DNA of 64,000 nucleotides from positions 32,001 through 96,000 of the forward strand of contig CAVPBK010000004.1 in NCBI GenBank assembly GCA_963701855.1. The letters are read 5' to 3'. The notes under the pieces are model-generated. The model was not told where the DNA came from. It saw nothing but the letters and a program-made list of their open reading frames with translations, and ran no database searches. The first letter of the stretch is position 1. Every line of letters starts with the position of its first letter. Made by a program: the position numbers and the translations under genes. Shown in pieces: positions 10,338 to 19,594 of this stretch. This DNA comes from Nitrospirota bacterium (lineage in GTDB: Bacteria; Nitrospirota; Nitrospiria; Nitrospirales; Nitrospiraceae).

Positions 10338-11450
10338 CTACATATCCTCTGCTTGGCGGTTATCCCCGTACCAAATCAAGGACCGTTTCATTCCATCATT
10401 CACCGACACTCGTGGATCGTACCCAAGATGGGTTCGAGCCTTCGTGATGATGGGGCAACGCCGGCTCGGATTATCCACAAGGTAACTCGTATCGTGGCTG
10501 GCCTTCCGTACAACTTTCCCTTTATACCCAAAGAGATCCCTCGCCAACCCCGCTAGCTTCTCAGCCAACTCGACCATGGAGATCTCCGGTTCTTCTACTC
10601 CAATATTGTAGGCCTCTCCGTTGTGCCCCTTTACCAACACTTTGTAGTAGCCAGTTACGGCATCTGCCGCATAACAAAATGTCCGACGGGGAGACCCGTC
10701 CGAGAGCATGACAATATCCCGGCCGTTCATGATATCTCTCACAAAGTCAGGGATAACGCGGCGATCGCTGATCTTCAAACCAGGACCATAATTGTTGAAT
10801 GGCCGAGCAACTTTGACCGGGATTCCCAATTGTTGCGCAAAGTTTACACACAATGTTTCTCCATAACGTTTCGCTTCGTCATAACACGCGCGTGGCCCAG
10901 TACAGGACACCAGGCCTCGGTAGGTCTCTGGTGTTGGGATATTCTCTGGAGAAGGATCGCCGTAGATTTCGCTGCTGGAAAAGAAAAGAAACCCTTCTAC
11001 AGGATGCCCCTTTACACCCTGAGACTGAGCATACTCAAGCAGCATCCTGAGCCCGTTCACGTTGGCATCCATCGTCCCGATCGGATCTTTTCGGTAATAT
11101 GTCGGAGACGCAATGGAGGCTGCGTGAACAATGAATTGGAAGTCTCCAATATCTGTAGGAAGCGGGTTGCGAATGTCATGACGCACCAGCGACAAGTGCG
11201 GATCTGCCTGGAGTCTCGACAACCATGTCGGCATCCCTCTGACAAAGTTGTCATACACAACGACGTGAATGGATTCGGCGTCTTTGCGCATCAGTGCGTT
11301 CCAGTACAACGCAGCCTGCACAAAATAATGCCCCAGAAACCCGGCCCCGCCGGTGAGAAGGAGCCTTTTACCTGACATGCGACCAAACTCTTCCTTTAAG
11401 TTGTCGCACATCATGTCCAGATCCGACTTCACGACTTCTTGTGCATTCAT
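10338..11450 (-). CDS. NAD-dependent epimerase, UDP-glucuronate decarboxylase (UXS)-like
   Basis: TGGAGFLG, ASIASP, SSSEIYGDP, GPRACYDEAKR; next to ugd. Confidence 0.82.
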   Translation of the reverse strand: MNAQEVVKSDLDMMCDNLKEEFGRMSGKRLLLTGGAGFLGHYFVQAALYWNALMRKDAESIHVVVYDNFVRGMPTWLSRLQADPHLSLVRHDIRNPLPTDIGDFQFIVHAASIASPTYYRKDPIGTMDANVNGLRMLLEYAQSQGVKGHPVEGFLFFSSSEIYGDPSPENIPTPETYRGLVSCTGPRACYDEAKRYGETLCVNFAQQLGIPVKVARPFNNYGPGLKISDRRVIPDFVRDIMNGRDIVMLSDGSPRRTFCYAADAVTGYYKVLVKGHNGEAYNIGVEEPEISMVELAEKLAGLARDLFGYKGKVVRKASHDTSYLVDNPSRRCPIITKARTHLGYDPRVSVNDGMKRSLIWYGDNRQAEDM

Positions 11451-11540
11451 GTCTTCATCCTTATTCGTTACCAAACACCGCGACTGAAACAGCCCTATCA
11501 ACTGTCTCTCTCTTTAAACAGCAATCTCCCAATCCACAGG

Positions 11541-12872
11541 CTACAAGATTTGCACTTCCGGAATAGGCACAATAAACTTGCCTCCCCACTCGCGGATATA
11601 TGATGTCTGCTCCATGATCTCCTCCTTTAAATTCCAGGGGAGAATCAGAAGGTAATCAGGCCTTGACTCCCGGAGTTTTGTCGGCGCATGGATCGGTATA
11701 TGGGTACCAGGGGTGTACTTTCCTTGCTTATAGGGGTTCCGATCGACGGTATAATCAAGGAAATCCGTTCTGATACCGCAATAGTTGAGCAAGGTATTGC
11801 CTTTCCCAGGCGCCCCGTAACCCGCGATCGACTTTCCCTCCCCCTTGATGCCGATGAGACATTCGAGCAGGTCTCTTTTTGTTTTTTTGACCTGCTGGTC
11901 GAACTGACGATATTGCCCTAATGTGGAGAATCCCGCGGCTGACTCCCGCTCTCGGAGAGCCTCGACTCTGGAAGAGACCGGCTTCGAATGATCTTCGCCA
12001 TGTCGGCCATAGATCCTGAGCGACCCTCCGTGGGTGGGAAGTTCATCGACGTCAAATAGTGTCAATCCATGCGCCGCAAATACCTGCTCGACGGTTAGGA
12101 ACGAAAAATACGAAAAATGCTCGTGATAAATCGTGTCGAATTGGTTTTCCTGCATGAGTTTCATGAGATGTGGAAACTCCATCGTAATCACACCGTCCGG
12201 CTTCAGGAGGATCTGCATACCTCCGACAAAGTCGTTCAAATCTGGCACGTGTGCCAACACGTTATTCCCGAGCAAGAGGTCCGCATATTTACCGGCTGCC
12301 GCAAGCTCCCGCGCAGTTGCCCTACCAAAGAACTTGACCATGGTCGGAATGCCCTTCTGCATCGCCACTTTCGCGACATTGGCGGCCGGCTCTACGCCGA
12401 GGACCGGGACACCCTTCTCCAGAAAGTATTGCAGTAAGTACCCGTCGTTACTGGCTATTTCCACTACCTGGCTCTTCGAGCTAATCCCAAACCGCTCGAC
12501 CATGAGATCGGTATAGGCCTTGACATGTTTCAACCATGTGTCCGCGTAGGACGAGAAATAGGCATACTCGGAAAAGATGTCTCCTGGGCTCACATACTCT
12601 TGCAACTGCACGAGAAAGCATCGCTCACACACATAGGTGTGGAGCGGATAGAATGCCTCCATATGGTTCAGTTGATGCGGCTCGATATGCGTTTGACATG
12701 GAGGGGACATACCGAGATCGACAAAGGTATGAACCAATGGCCCGGTACAAAATCGGCAGAGTGCGGCGGCAGCAATCGTTTTCCCCATGTGCGATCCTCT
12801 TGTCCTTATAGATGATTCCGTTAAAGCACTCTCGCTCGCATGCCCGTTTAGGGCTGAACTCGACACTATCAT
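11541..12872 (-). CDS. NDP-hexose C-methyltransferase family (Zn-binding N-terminus); true start may be 12788
   Basis: CRFC..CERCFLVQ, EIASNDG, FDTIYHEH, GYGAPGKGNTLLNY. Confidence 0.9.
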   Translation of the reverse strand: MIVSSSALNGHASESALTESSIRTRGSHMGKTIAAAALCRFCTGPLVHTFVDLGMSPPCQTHIEPHQLNHMEAFYPLHTYVCERCFLVQLQEYVSPGDIFSEYAYFSSYADTWLKHVKAYTDLMVERFGISSKSQVVEIASNDGYLLQYFLEKGVPVLGVEPAANVAKVAMQKGIPTMVKFFGRATARELAAAGKYADLLLGNNVLAHVPDLNDFVGGMQILLKPDGVITMEFPHLMKLMQENQFDTIYHEHFSYFSFLTVEQVFAAHGLTLFDVDELPTHGGSLRIYGRHGEDHSKPVSSRVEALRERESAAGFSTLGQYRQFDQQVKKTKRDLLECLIGIKGEGKSIAGYGAPGKGNTLLNYCGIRTDFLDYTVDRNPYKQGKYTPGTHIPIHAPTKLRESRPDYLLILPWNLKEEIMEQTSYIREWGGKFIVPIPEVQIL

Positions 12873-14149
12873 CGGTGTAATCGACGAATTATTCCCGCCC
12901 CAGCCAAATCATCAGCCGCCTTCCGAATCCGTTGAAAGAACATTCCCGATCGTTCTGCGATATCCAATAAGCTGTGATCACCGTCTGACAAGTTCAGGAC
13001 CCACAGCAAAGCCAGATTATCCTCGCTCCCTGGGGCGCTGTAGAGGCCTTTTTTCCCGAGTTGTGGTTCGCATTTTTGATTTTGGCTGACGTACGTGTCA
13101 TTGAGATCTAAGACTTCAAGAATCTGCCCTACCTTTATGTAGGAATCCGTCAACGATTCAGGCCTGACAAAGCTCAGATTGTCTCCGGAAGTGTGATACT
13201 CAGGAAAACATCCGTTGGGAGTCCGCATGAAACAGCCAACTGGAAGATTGAACCCGGGCGAACAATATTGACGTTCATCATATCCATAGGGGGAAAACTC
13301 CTGCACGGCAAAATCCCCACCGCTATGTCTGAGCACGTGAATCGCCGCTCTATCGACCTCGGCACATCCAGCGCGTGACTTTTTATACGTCGGCTTTCCG
13401 CTGTCACCAACACAAGTTAGAACAATTCCATGCCGAACTTTCTTCGTCTGAGGCTCATTCAAACACAGCCAGGCAATGGCCCCTATCGTGACGGGCAAAA
13501 ACAGAAAACGATAGGAATACTGATGCGGCCGATTGACCAACGCCTCCGCCAGACGGGTTCCTAAGACGACTCCGGAAAGATTGTCATTACACAACGATGG
13601 GTGGCAGACGTGACAGGAAATGAGAATTTCTTCCTCGCGCGCTCCTTTCAGATAGCATTCACCATAGGACAGATGGCCTGCCTCAAGTGTAGAATCAATG
13701 CAGACTTCGTACTCGTCTTCATGCAACTCTATTAGCTGCTTGTGGCTCAGGCAAAATCCCCAACTCTCGCGATAGTAGGCCGTGCGGTAGGGAATCCAAT
13801 CAGGCCGATCCGGCAATGAGAACAGATGTGGCTTTAATTCACCGAGCGTCATTTTTCGATGAATAGGGAGGCTATAACTCACAACATGGAGATTGGATTG
13901 CTGGAAGTCTACGACTCGGTTTCCATGTGAATCCTTGATATATGCGTCGTGGATATTCCACTCTTTCGGAATAGTCCAATCAAATACCTGCGTCCCGGTG
14001 GGAACCTCATGCACAATTAAGGGAATTCGCTTCTCGATGTGATGGAGGGTGGTTCGGAGGCCATCACCGCTGATACTTCGGCACAATGGGTAGAGTTCTC
14101 TCATGAACTCATGCATCTCTCTCCCAACATTCTCAATCGCCAGTGCCAT
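12869..14149 (-). CDS. DUF4910 family protein (aminopeptidase-like with C-terminal winged helix)
   Basis: RSISGDG, VFDWTIPKEW, CHPSLCNDNLSG, GYDERQY, YHTSGDN, CEPQLGKKGLY. Confidence 0.88.
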   Translation of the reverse strand: MALAIENVGREMHEFMRELYPLCRSISGDGLRTTLHHIEKRIPLIVHEVPTGTQVFDWTIPKEWNIHDAYIKDSHGNRVVDFQQSNLHVVSYSLPIHRKMTLGELKPHLFSLPDRPDWIPYRTAYYRESWGFCLSHKQLIELHEDEYEVCIDSTLEAGHLSYGECYLKGAREEEILISCHVCHPSLCNDNLSGVVLGTRLAEALVNRPHQYSYRFLFLPVTIGAIAWLCLNEPQTKKVRHGIVLTCVGDSGKPTYKKSRAGCAEVDRAAIHVLRHSGGDFAVQEFSPYGYDERQYCSPGFNLPVGCFMRTPNGCFPEYHTSGDNLSFVRPESLTDSYIKVGQILEVLDLNDTYVSQNQKCEPQLGKKGLYSAPGSEDNLALLWVLNLSDGDHSLLDIAERSGMFFQRIRKAADDLAGAGIIRRLHR

Positions 14150-14328
14150 GTGCCAAATCTAGCTCCTACAGAGATATCCTTATATCGACGCCGGGAATGG
14201 CTTGAGCCGGAAGCTCCCCCGAACAGGAGATCGTCCACGAGGAGAATCTTCAGTTCCCCTGCGCCAGTCGAAGTTCACCGAGGCCCAGATCGTGTCGATC
14301 CTGAAAGAGGCCTCCTGGCCCACTTCTA

Positions 14329-15621
14329 CTACCATTCGGTATTTACCGCCAACATCGTGACAAGTTTGTCGAAGGCTGGAGATCCAGGATACGAGTAATG
14401 ACTGTAATCTTGCGAAAGCGATAGTTTGGTGCTTCGCGTCAAGCTGTAATCGAGCACCGCTGAACCTGTAATGGTTTCAATCTTGTAGGAACTCACCTGA
14501 GCGGATTCGTTATGGGCATAGGCCCCACTGGCTGTCAGCCGGACCACTCTGGAAAAGCTATGGCTCACGTTGAGTAGGGCGACATTGCTGATCATTGATC
14601 CTCCGATTCCAATATACAAGGGTGCAGTTCGTCTGGAGACCTCGATCGATGCTCGCGTCTGCCGGTCAAAATCATTCATCAGGGAGAAGCTCCCCGTGAA
14701 AAAAGTCCGGTTGTCCTGCTGCTCTATCATCGAAGCCCCTCCACTGATCGTCGCCGTCCAGCCCCGCACGATATGCATTACATACTCTGGCTGGATCGTT
14801 TGCGAAGTAAATTGAATTGAGGGACTTGTGCCTGCTGTATTCGATTGATCCGAACTCAAATAGTTGTATTTCAGAAACAATGTGTCGCCGCCATCAAACG
14901 TATACGTTGGGCCGATTGCGACGTTATGCACCGTGGTATCGAAGAAATTAGTCGCAGTATTTTCCGCCGCGGTCACAAACCGGCGCCCTACATGTAAAAT
15001 GGAATAGGTATAATTAGCGCGCAGACCCATTGTGCGCGAAAAGGAGTAACTTCCGTCTGTGGACAAGTTGTTTGAATATGCATCGGCTCGAGCTCCCTGG
15101 ACGCCGCGGAGGAATACGTCCGATTGTGGTGCCGTTTGTGCGGCTTGTGCTGCGGCTTGTCCTGTACCCTGAAAGGTTGGTCGCTGCGGGCTGTACAGAA
15201 ACGCATCGGTTATTCGTAATTTCAGACCAGGCAACAACTCCTTCGTCCAGTCGCTCAAATCTGAGCTTGCGAGCACATTGGCCGAGGCATACCTCAAATT
15301 GGAATTGTACGCATATCCGTTGCCATCTACTCCGGCGCGGAGCACCGTATCCCCCAAGCGGCTTTTATTCAGGACTGTCACCTTTGCTCCCAACGTCGTA
15401 ATAAGGTCCCACGATTGCTTTCCCTGAGGAACAAATTGTGGCGCAGTAAAGTACACATTGGAGTCATATCGCTGAGCAAGACTGACCGACGGTATATACT
15501 GCGTCTCCGCTTGAGCACGTGAACCCACTGCCATTTCGGTGATCGAGCCGATGGCCAGCAGAAAGAGCGCCACGAGCCGGCCGACGCAGTGCCTCTTTCT
15601 CTGGGCATGCTCCAATACCAC
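14329..15621 (-). CDS. Outer-membrane beta-barrel protein associated with polysaccharide export
   Basis: Signal peptide, 'YDSNVY' near the N-terminus, alternating beta-strand pattern, terminal aromatic W; directly downstream of two OPX genes. Confidence 0.75.
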   Translation of the reverse strand: MVLEHAQRKRHCVGRLVALFLLAIGSITEMAVGSRAQAETQYIPSVSLAQRYDSNVYFTAPQFVPQGKQSWDLITTLGAKVTVLNKSRLGDTVLRAGVDGNGYAYNSNLRYASANVLASSDLSDWTKELLPGLKLRITDAFLYSPQRPTFQGTGQAAAQAAQTAPQSDVFLRGVQGARADAYSNNLSTDGSYSFSRTMGLRANYTYSILHVGRRFVTAAENTATNFFDTTVHNVAIGPTYTFDGGDTLFLKYNYLSSDQSNTAGTSPSIQFTSQTIQPEYVMHIVRGWTATISGGASMIEQQDNRTFFTGSFSLMNDFDRQTRASIEVSRRTAPLYIGIGGSMISNVALLNVSHSFSRVVRLTASGAYAHNESAQVSSYKIETITGSAVLDYSLTRSTKLSLSQDYSHYSYPGSPAFDKLVTMLAVNTEW

Positions 15622-15623
15622 AA

Positions 15624-16274
15624 CTACGGCACCAGGACGGTATCACCAGAGTGCAACACGATGTTGCCTGGTTCACCACGTCCGGCCACGAGATCATCGT
15701 ACCGCAAGGGAATACGGACCTCTCGACGTGTGTGGTCACTTTTTTCAATTACTCGCAGAATCTGCAACTTGTTTCTCTTCGCGTAATCTGTAAATCCTCC
15801 AGCCGTGGAGATGGCTTGGAGTACCGTGATGTACGACTTGAGCTGGTATTTTCCCGGCTTCGTGACTTCTCCCAAGACATACACCGAATAACTGTTGATC
15901 GTTTTTACGCTCACCGACACCGACGGAATGGTTGCAAAATACTGTTTGAGACGCTCGGTAATCCGCTGAGCGAGGGCGTCAGCCGTGAGGCCCGCCGCTT
16001 GAATATCCCCGATGAGCGGCATGGAAATGAGTCCGTCCGGCCGGATTGCTGTGGTTCGTGACAATTCCAGATTCTTCCACACGGTGATCTCTAATTCGTC
16101 CTCTGGACCGAGAAGAAATCCCGCAGGAGCCTCGTAGTCCCTGGATTCAATCGGCGTCGTAGGCCCAAGGCAACCAGCCAGGAATAGCATAGAACATAGC
16201 AAGAAACCGACCGAGAAAATTCTTCGGTGACGCATTGAAATCCATCTGACGTGTGTGTGTGTGTGTTGGTCCAC
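15624..16274 (-). CDS. Polysaccharide export (OPX/Wza-like) lipoprotein, short form; start may be ATG 16235
   Basis: Lipobox LAGC, LGPEDELEITVW..RPDGLISMPLIG, SLBB domain. Confidence 0.9.
   Translation of the reverse strand: MDQHTHTHVRWISMRHRRIFSVGFLLCSMLFLAGCLGPTTPIESRDYEAPAGFLLGPEDELEITVWKNLELSRTTAIRPDGLISMPLIGDIQAAGLTADALAQRITERLKQYFATIPSVSVSVKTINSYSVYVLGEVTKPGKYQLKSYITVLQAISTAGGFTDYAKRNKLQILRVIEKSDHTRREVRIPLRYDDLVAGRGEPGNIVLHSGDTVLVP
16251..16266. repeat. (GT)8 dinucleotide tract
   Basis: gtgtgtgtgtgtgtgt at the 5' end of the second OPX gene. Confidence 0.9.
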
Positions 16275-16295
16275 AAGAGTCCTTTTTGCTGATCC

Positions 16296-17042
16296 CTATC
16301 GACCCGGAAATATCACCATTGCCTCATTCGGAACGACGACCGTATCGCCAGACTTGAGCTCGAAGTTTTCGGTGATTCCCCCACGGAGCACAATTTCGTC
16401 ATAGCTCGCCGTCAATCTCTTCATACCCGTGGCACTTTCTGTAAACCTAAAGATAACCATTTGATTTCTAGCCGCGATCGGGGTGAACCCGCCGGCGATG
16501 GTAATCCCCTGTAACAGTGTCGTTTTGCTTTTGAGTGGATACCTTCCAGGCCTCGCAACTTCACCGAGCACGAAAATATTGGAACTATTGATCTCCTTCA
16601 CACTCACGGCAACGACCGGGTTTTGAATGTATTCTTTCAGTTTACTCGTCATTTCCTCAGCCAATTGCGAGGGCGTTTTCCCTACCGCCATGATGTCACG
16701 AATGATCGGCATGGAGATCCTGCCATCTGGGCGCACTTGAACAATCTTCGATAGATCCACATTCCTCCAGACAGTAATTTCCAGCACATCCTCGGCGCCG
16801 ATGATGTATTCGCTGCTGACCGCATTCGAGAGCGTTTCCATCATGTGTTCTGAAGCGGCGCTCTGCTTGTTCGCCATGTTCACCGCCTTCTCATTGGTGC
16901 TCACGGGAACAGAAGATGACGTGGTGTCAGTCACCGATCTTCCTGCAGACACCGGCCCGACAGGACTAGGCTCACAGAGTCCAGTACTTGCTGCTGAGCC
17001 TATCGAGAGCCAAACTAGTAGGAAACCCAGGGCGCGTTTCAT
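16296..17042 (-). CDS. Polysaccharide export (OPX/Wza-like) protein, short form
   Basis: YIIGAEDVLEITVW..RPDGRISMP, GEVARPGRY, AGGFT. Confidence 0.9.
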   Translation of the reverse strand: MKRALGFLLVWLSIGSAASTGLCEPSPVGPVSAGRSVTDTTSSSVPVSTNEKAVNMANKQSAASEHMMETLSNAVSSEYIIGAEDVLEITVWRNVDLSKIVQVRPDGRISMPIIRDIMAVGKTPSQLAEEMTSKLKEYIQNPVVAVSVKEINSSNIFVLGEVARPGRYPLKSKTTLLQGITIAGGFTPIAARNQMVIFRFTESATGMKRLTASYDEIVLRGGITENFELKSGDTVVVPNEAMVIFPGR

Positions 17043-17201
17043 AAAGCATTGCCCCTTCCCTTATCAAAACAATCTATCTCCTTGCAGCCATATGAGCACG
17101 ACCCAAAAAATGCTTCGTCAATTGAAATTGCATCAGAGCCTATATATCGGACGCGTGAGTCCAGCCTGTCTTCACCGTTCGCTGCAAAAATCCCAATAGG
17201 C

Positions 17202-17702
17202 TCACGCTGCAGCGACGCTAGCGGCATCGATTTCTATGGTGACGGCACGCTGAATCAGACTAATGCTCAGGACTAGACGGCAAGCTTTTGCTTCCCGAAC
17301 CAGGTGGCCCTTGACCCCCTGTAGAGGACCACGAATCACCTCCACAAGCATTCCTTCCCTGAGGTAAGAGCAGCACACATAATCAGAAGGACTGATTATG
17401 AGTTTCCTCAATGACTCAATTTCTTCATCAGGGATAGGCTCAGGTTGTCCCCCGGACCCGATCACGCGTACGACGCCTTGAGATTGAAGCACGGAAAGCC
17501 GGTTTGCTAAGGAGAATCTTGCAAAGCAGTACCCCGCAAAGAGCGGGACTTCGATCTCCTTCTTCCTATCCGTCCACTGACTCAATCGCCTCATCGTCGG
17601 CAAGAAGGTCTCGACATTTCGCATTTCCAACTGACTTCGAACGACTTTTTCGTGTCGAGACAATGTCTGGATCGCAAACCAGCAATGTGGCTGGGAAATC
17701 AT
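17202..17702 (-). CDS. UpxY/RfaH-type NusG-paralog transcription antiterminator
   Basis: WFAIQT..HEK, PLFAGYCF, KOW motif VEVIRGPLQG; first gene of the polysaccharide operon. Confidence 0.88.
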   Translation of the reverse strand: MISQPHCWFAIQTLSRHEKVVRSQLEMRNVETFLPTMRRLSQWTDRKKEIEVPLFAGYCFARFSLANRLSVLQSQGVVRVIGSGGQPEPIPDEEIESLRKLIISPSDYVCCSYLREGMLVEVIRGPLQGVKGHLVREAKACRLVLSISLIQRAVTIEIDAASVAAA

Positions 17703-17959
17703 ATGGTTAGTTCCTTTGTCACACGTAGCTTCGCCCTCTCAGTCCCAACGGACTTGTGTTTCTTAAAACCAGTAACCACTATTCACAACGTTCAGAAGTA
17801 TGTTCGAAACGGTTCTTAGGGTAAAGAGTTTCCGTTCTTATTGCATCGGATGATTGCGTTAAAATACTACCGTGCTATCCCTGCACCTCTCTTTGGCATA
17901 GCAACACCTTAGCCCATGAGAGCCTCGCGGTATTGCACTTGGAGGGTAGAACTCAAGCT

Positions 17960-18343
17960 TCAAAACATGAATTTTAATCCGACGAAGTAGGCCCCATTAC
18001 CATTGGTTTTTCCGAACGGTAATCTCCTCGTCCAGCGAACTTCTGCTAATGTGGGGGTTTCAGCGACGCTGATCGGTGTCGGCACATAGACCTTCATCAC
18101 TTGTGAGATCGCCGGGGCCTGCTCCATCAAGATCAGCATGCCCCCGCTGCTGATATTGACCGACAGCGCTTTCCCTTCGTGAGCAGACACCACCGGATTC
18201 TCCACCGGACTAGTCATCTCATACGGAATCGGCCGCAAGAGCGCCACTCGTTCGTTATGTTTCTGGAAATCCGTCGATATTGGCCATTCCCATTCATTCT
18301 GTCCCACGTTACCCCCCTCCGCACACGAGATTGTTAGATGCAA
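17960..18343 (-). CDS. PilZ domain protein (start uncertain, possibly GTG 18307)
   Basis: QKHNER (degenerate RxxxR), NISSGG (D/NxSxxG), VRW..VGLKF. Confidence 0.75.
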   Translation of the reverse strand: MHLTISCAEGGNVGQNEWEWPISTDFQKHNERVALLRPIPYEMTSPVENPVVSAHEGKALSVNISSGGMLILMEQAPAISQVMKVYVPTPISVAETPTLAEVRWTRRLPFGKTNGNGAYFVGLKFMF

Positions 18344-18530
18344 AAGACCTAGCGCCAGGACCGATGTAGATTCCTCGAAAGTGACATCTTTCTTTATCTT
18401 GTTCTTTTCGCTGATAACGCCAGACAGCCTCAGAATTCTCTGAACGTCTCACCGCTCTGGTGAGAGTATAGAAAAGCGTCGAGTAAGGGACAATACCGAC
18501 GATGTAGGCCTCGTCTCCAAAAGGTGGGTG

Positions 18531-18559
18531 TTGACTCCCCCAAAAGGGTTAGGTAGTAT
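18531..18559 (+). promoter_or_regulatory. Sigma-70-like promoter for the LuxR-family gene
   Basis: TTGACT-17 bp-TAGTAT about 105 bp upstream of ATG 18664. Confidence 0.5.
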
Positions 18560-18663
18560 TTTCAATCTAAAGTTACGTTCTTCATGACTCCATGCTACCC
18601 TAACAGAATGTATTCGATTGTTCAGGATTGTTCTAACGCGACTACGAAAGCATCCCTCCATCC

Positions 18664-19272
18664 ATGATTGATTCATCGCCCCCCGTAGACCCAACAGACA
18701 CTCTCGCCGATCAGCGCGCAGGCTCAGGAATTGTTGTCCTCTCGGCTTCCATGCAACTCCTCCATATGAATCGGCAAGCCTCAGAATTGTCAAAACAGAT
18801 TAATGCGGCAGAACATGGTGGAGGGAGCCTGAAATCAGCCCATGGAGTCCTGCCGACTGCACTGACAGAACTCTGCGGAGAAATCATCAAGGCCCTTCAC
18901 GTTCGTACCGAAGCAAAAGACTGGGAGCAATTCGAGATCAAGCGTGTGGCCGGTAACCCTGATAAACCTATCCTGTTGCGGGGATTTGGCCTACCAGATC
19001 GAGGGGGAGTCCAGTATGCGAGACTCGTGGTCACATTGGAAGAGTTAGCGCGGCGACAACAGCTCAATACCGATCAAGCCAAGGAAAAGTTCCAATTGAC
19101 CAATCGCGAACAATCCGTCATTGAGCATCTGGCAAAGGGGTGGACCAATAAAGAGATCGCAAATGCCCTTCAGATTACTGAACAGACCGTGAAAGAGCAC
19201 ATCAAGCACATCATGCGAAAAACCAACTCCACGACTAGGACAGGGATCCTCGTTCACGTCTTCAATTCGTAA
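18664..19272 (+). CDS. LuxR-family HTH regulator with PAS-like N-terminal region
   Basis: LTNREQSVIEHLAKGWTNKEIANALQITEQTVKEHIKHIMRK. Confidence 0.9.
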   Translation: MIDSSPPVDPTDTLADQRAGSGIVVLSASMQLLHMNRQASELSKQINAAEHGGGSLKSAHGVLPTALTELCGEIIKALHVRTEAKDWEQFEIKRVAGNPDKPILLRGFGLPDRGGVQYARLVVTLEELARRQQLNTDQAKEKFQLTNREQSVIEHLAKGWTNKEIANALQITEQTVKEHIKHIMRKTNSTTRTGILVHVFNS

Positions 19273-19288
19273 TTCTGGTGAAGCTACA

Positions 19289-19379
19289 TCAGGCATTCAG
19301 GCTGGAGGCCAAAAGCCGGAGGTCGAAGTTCTGAACAAGTCAGGCCTTCACTCTAAGCCCCTTCAGCCTATCCGCCTGA
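19289..19379. repeat. Imperfect palindrome (family F, AGGCTGRAG...CTTCAGYCT), possible terminator
   Basis: tcaggc..aggctggagg ... ccttcagcct..gcctga; related to 22632-22694. Confidence 0.55.
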
Positions 19380-19407
19380 GCAAACTCACAATCTGCCACA
19401 GTATCAG

Positions 19408-19519
19408 TGTCAAAAATACCACAGTGCGTTATCTGCAACACATTGATCACGCCAGAATGGCTCATTTTTATACTGTAAATCAATTGTTTACGTGATATAG
19501 ATTTGGTCTGTTGATTGCA
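19408..19519 (+). promoter_or_regulatory. Sigma-54 promoter architecture: UAS + IHF site + -24/-12
   Basis: TGT-N10-ACA at 19408-19423; AATCAATTGTTTA (WATCAANNNNTTR) at 19478-19490; TGGTCTGTTGATTGCA (GG-N10-GC) at 19504-19519. Confidence 0.6.
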
Positions 19520-19594
19520 TTACCCCACCACTGAGACTGAATTAATTGCTGTAGATGTGAGCAAGGCGTAGGGCAAGAGGAAGCCTGAGGTAGT

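Noticed and set aside
17901..17916. Sigma-54 promoter for the EPS operon (TGGGCTAAGGTGTTGC, minus strand)
   Set aside because: GG-N10-GC spacing fits but the -24 box is poor and I saw no supporting IHF or UAS site
17703..17959. Canonical ops element (GGCGGTAG) for the NusG paralog
   Set aside because: Only a partial CGGTAG match on the minus strand; not enough to call
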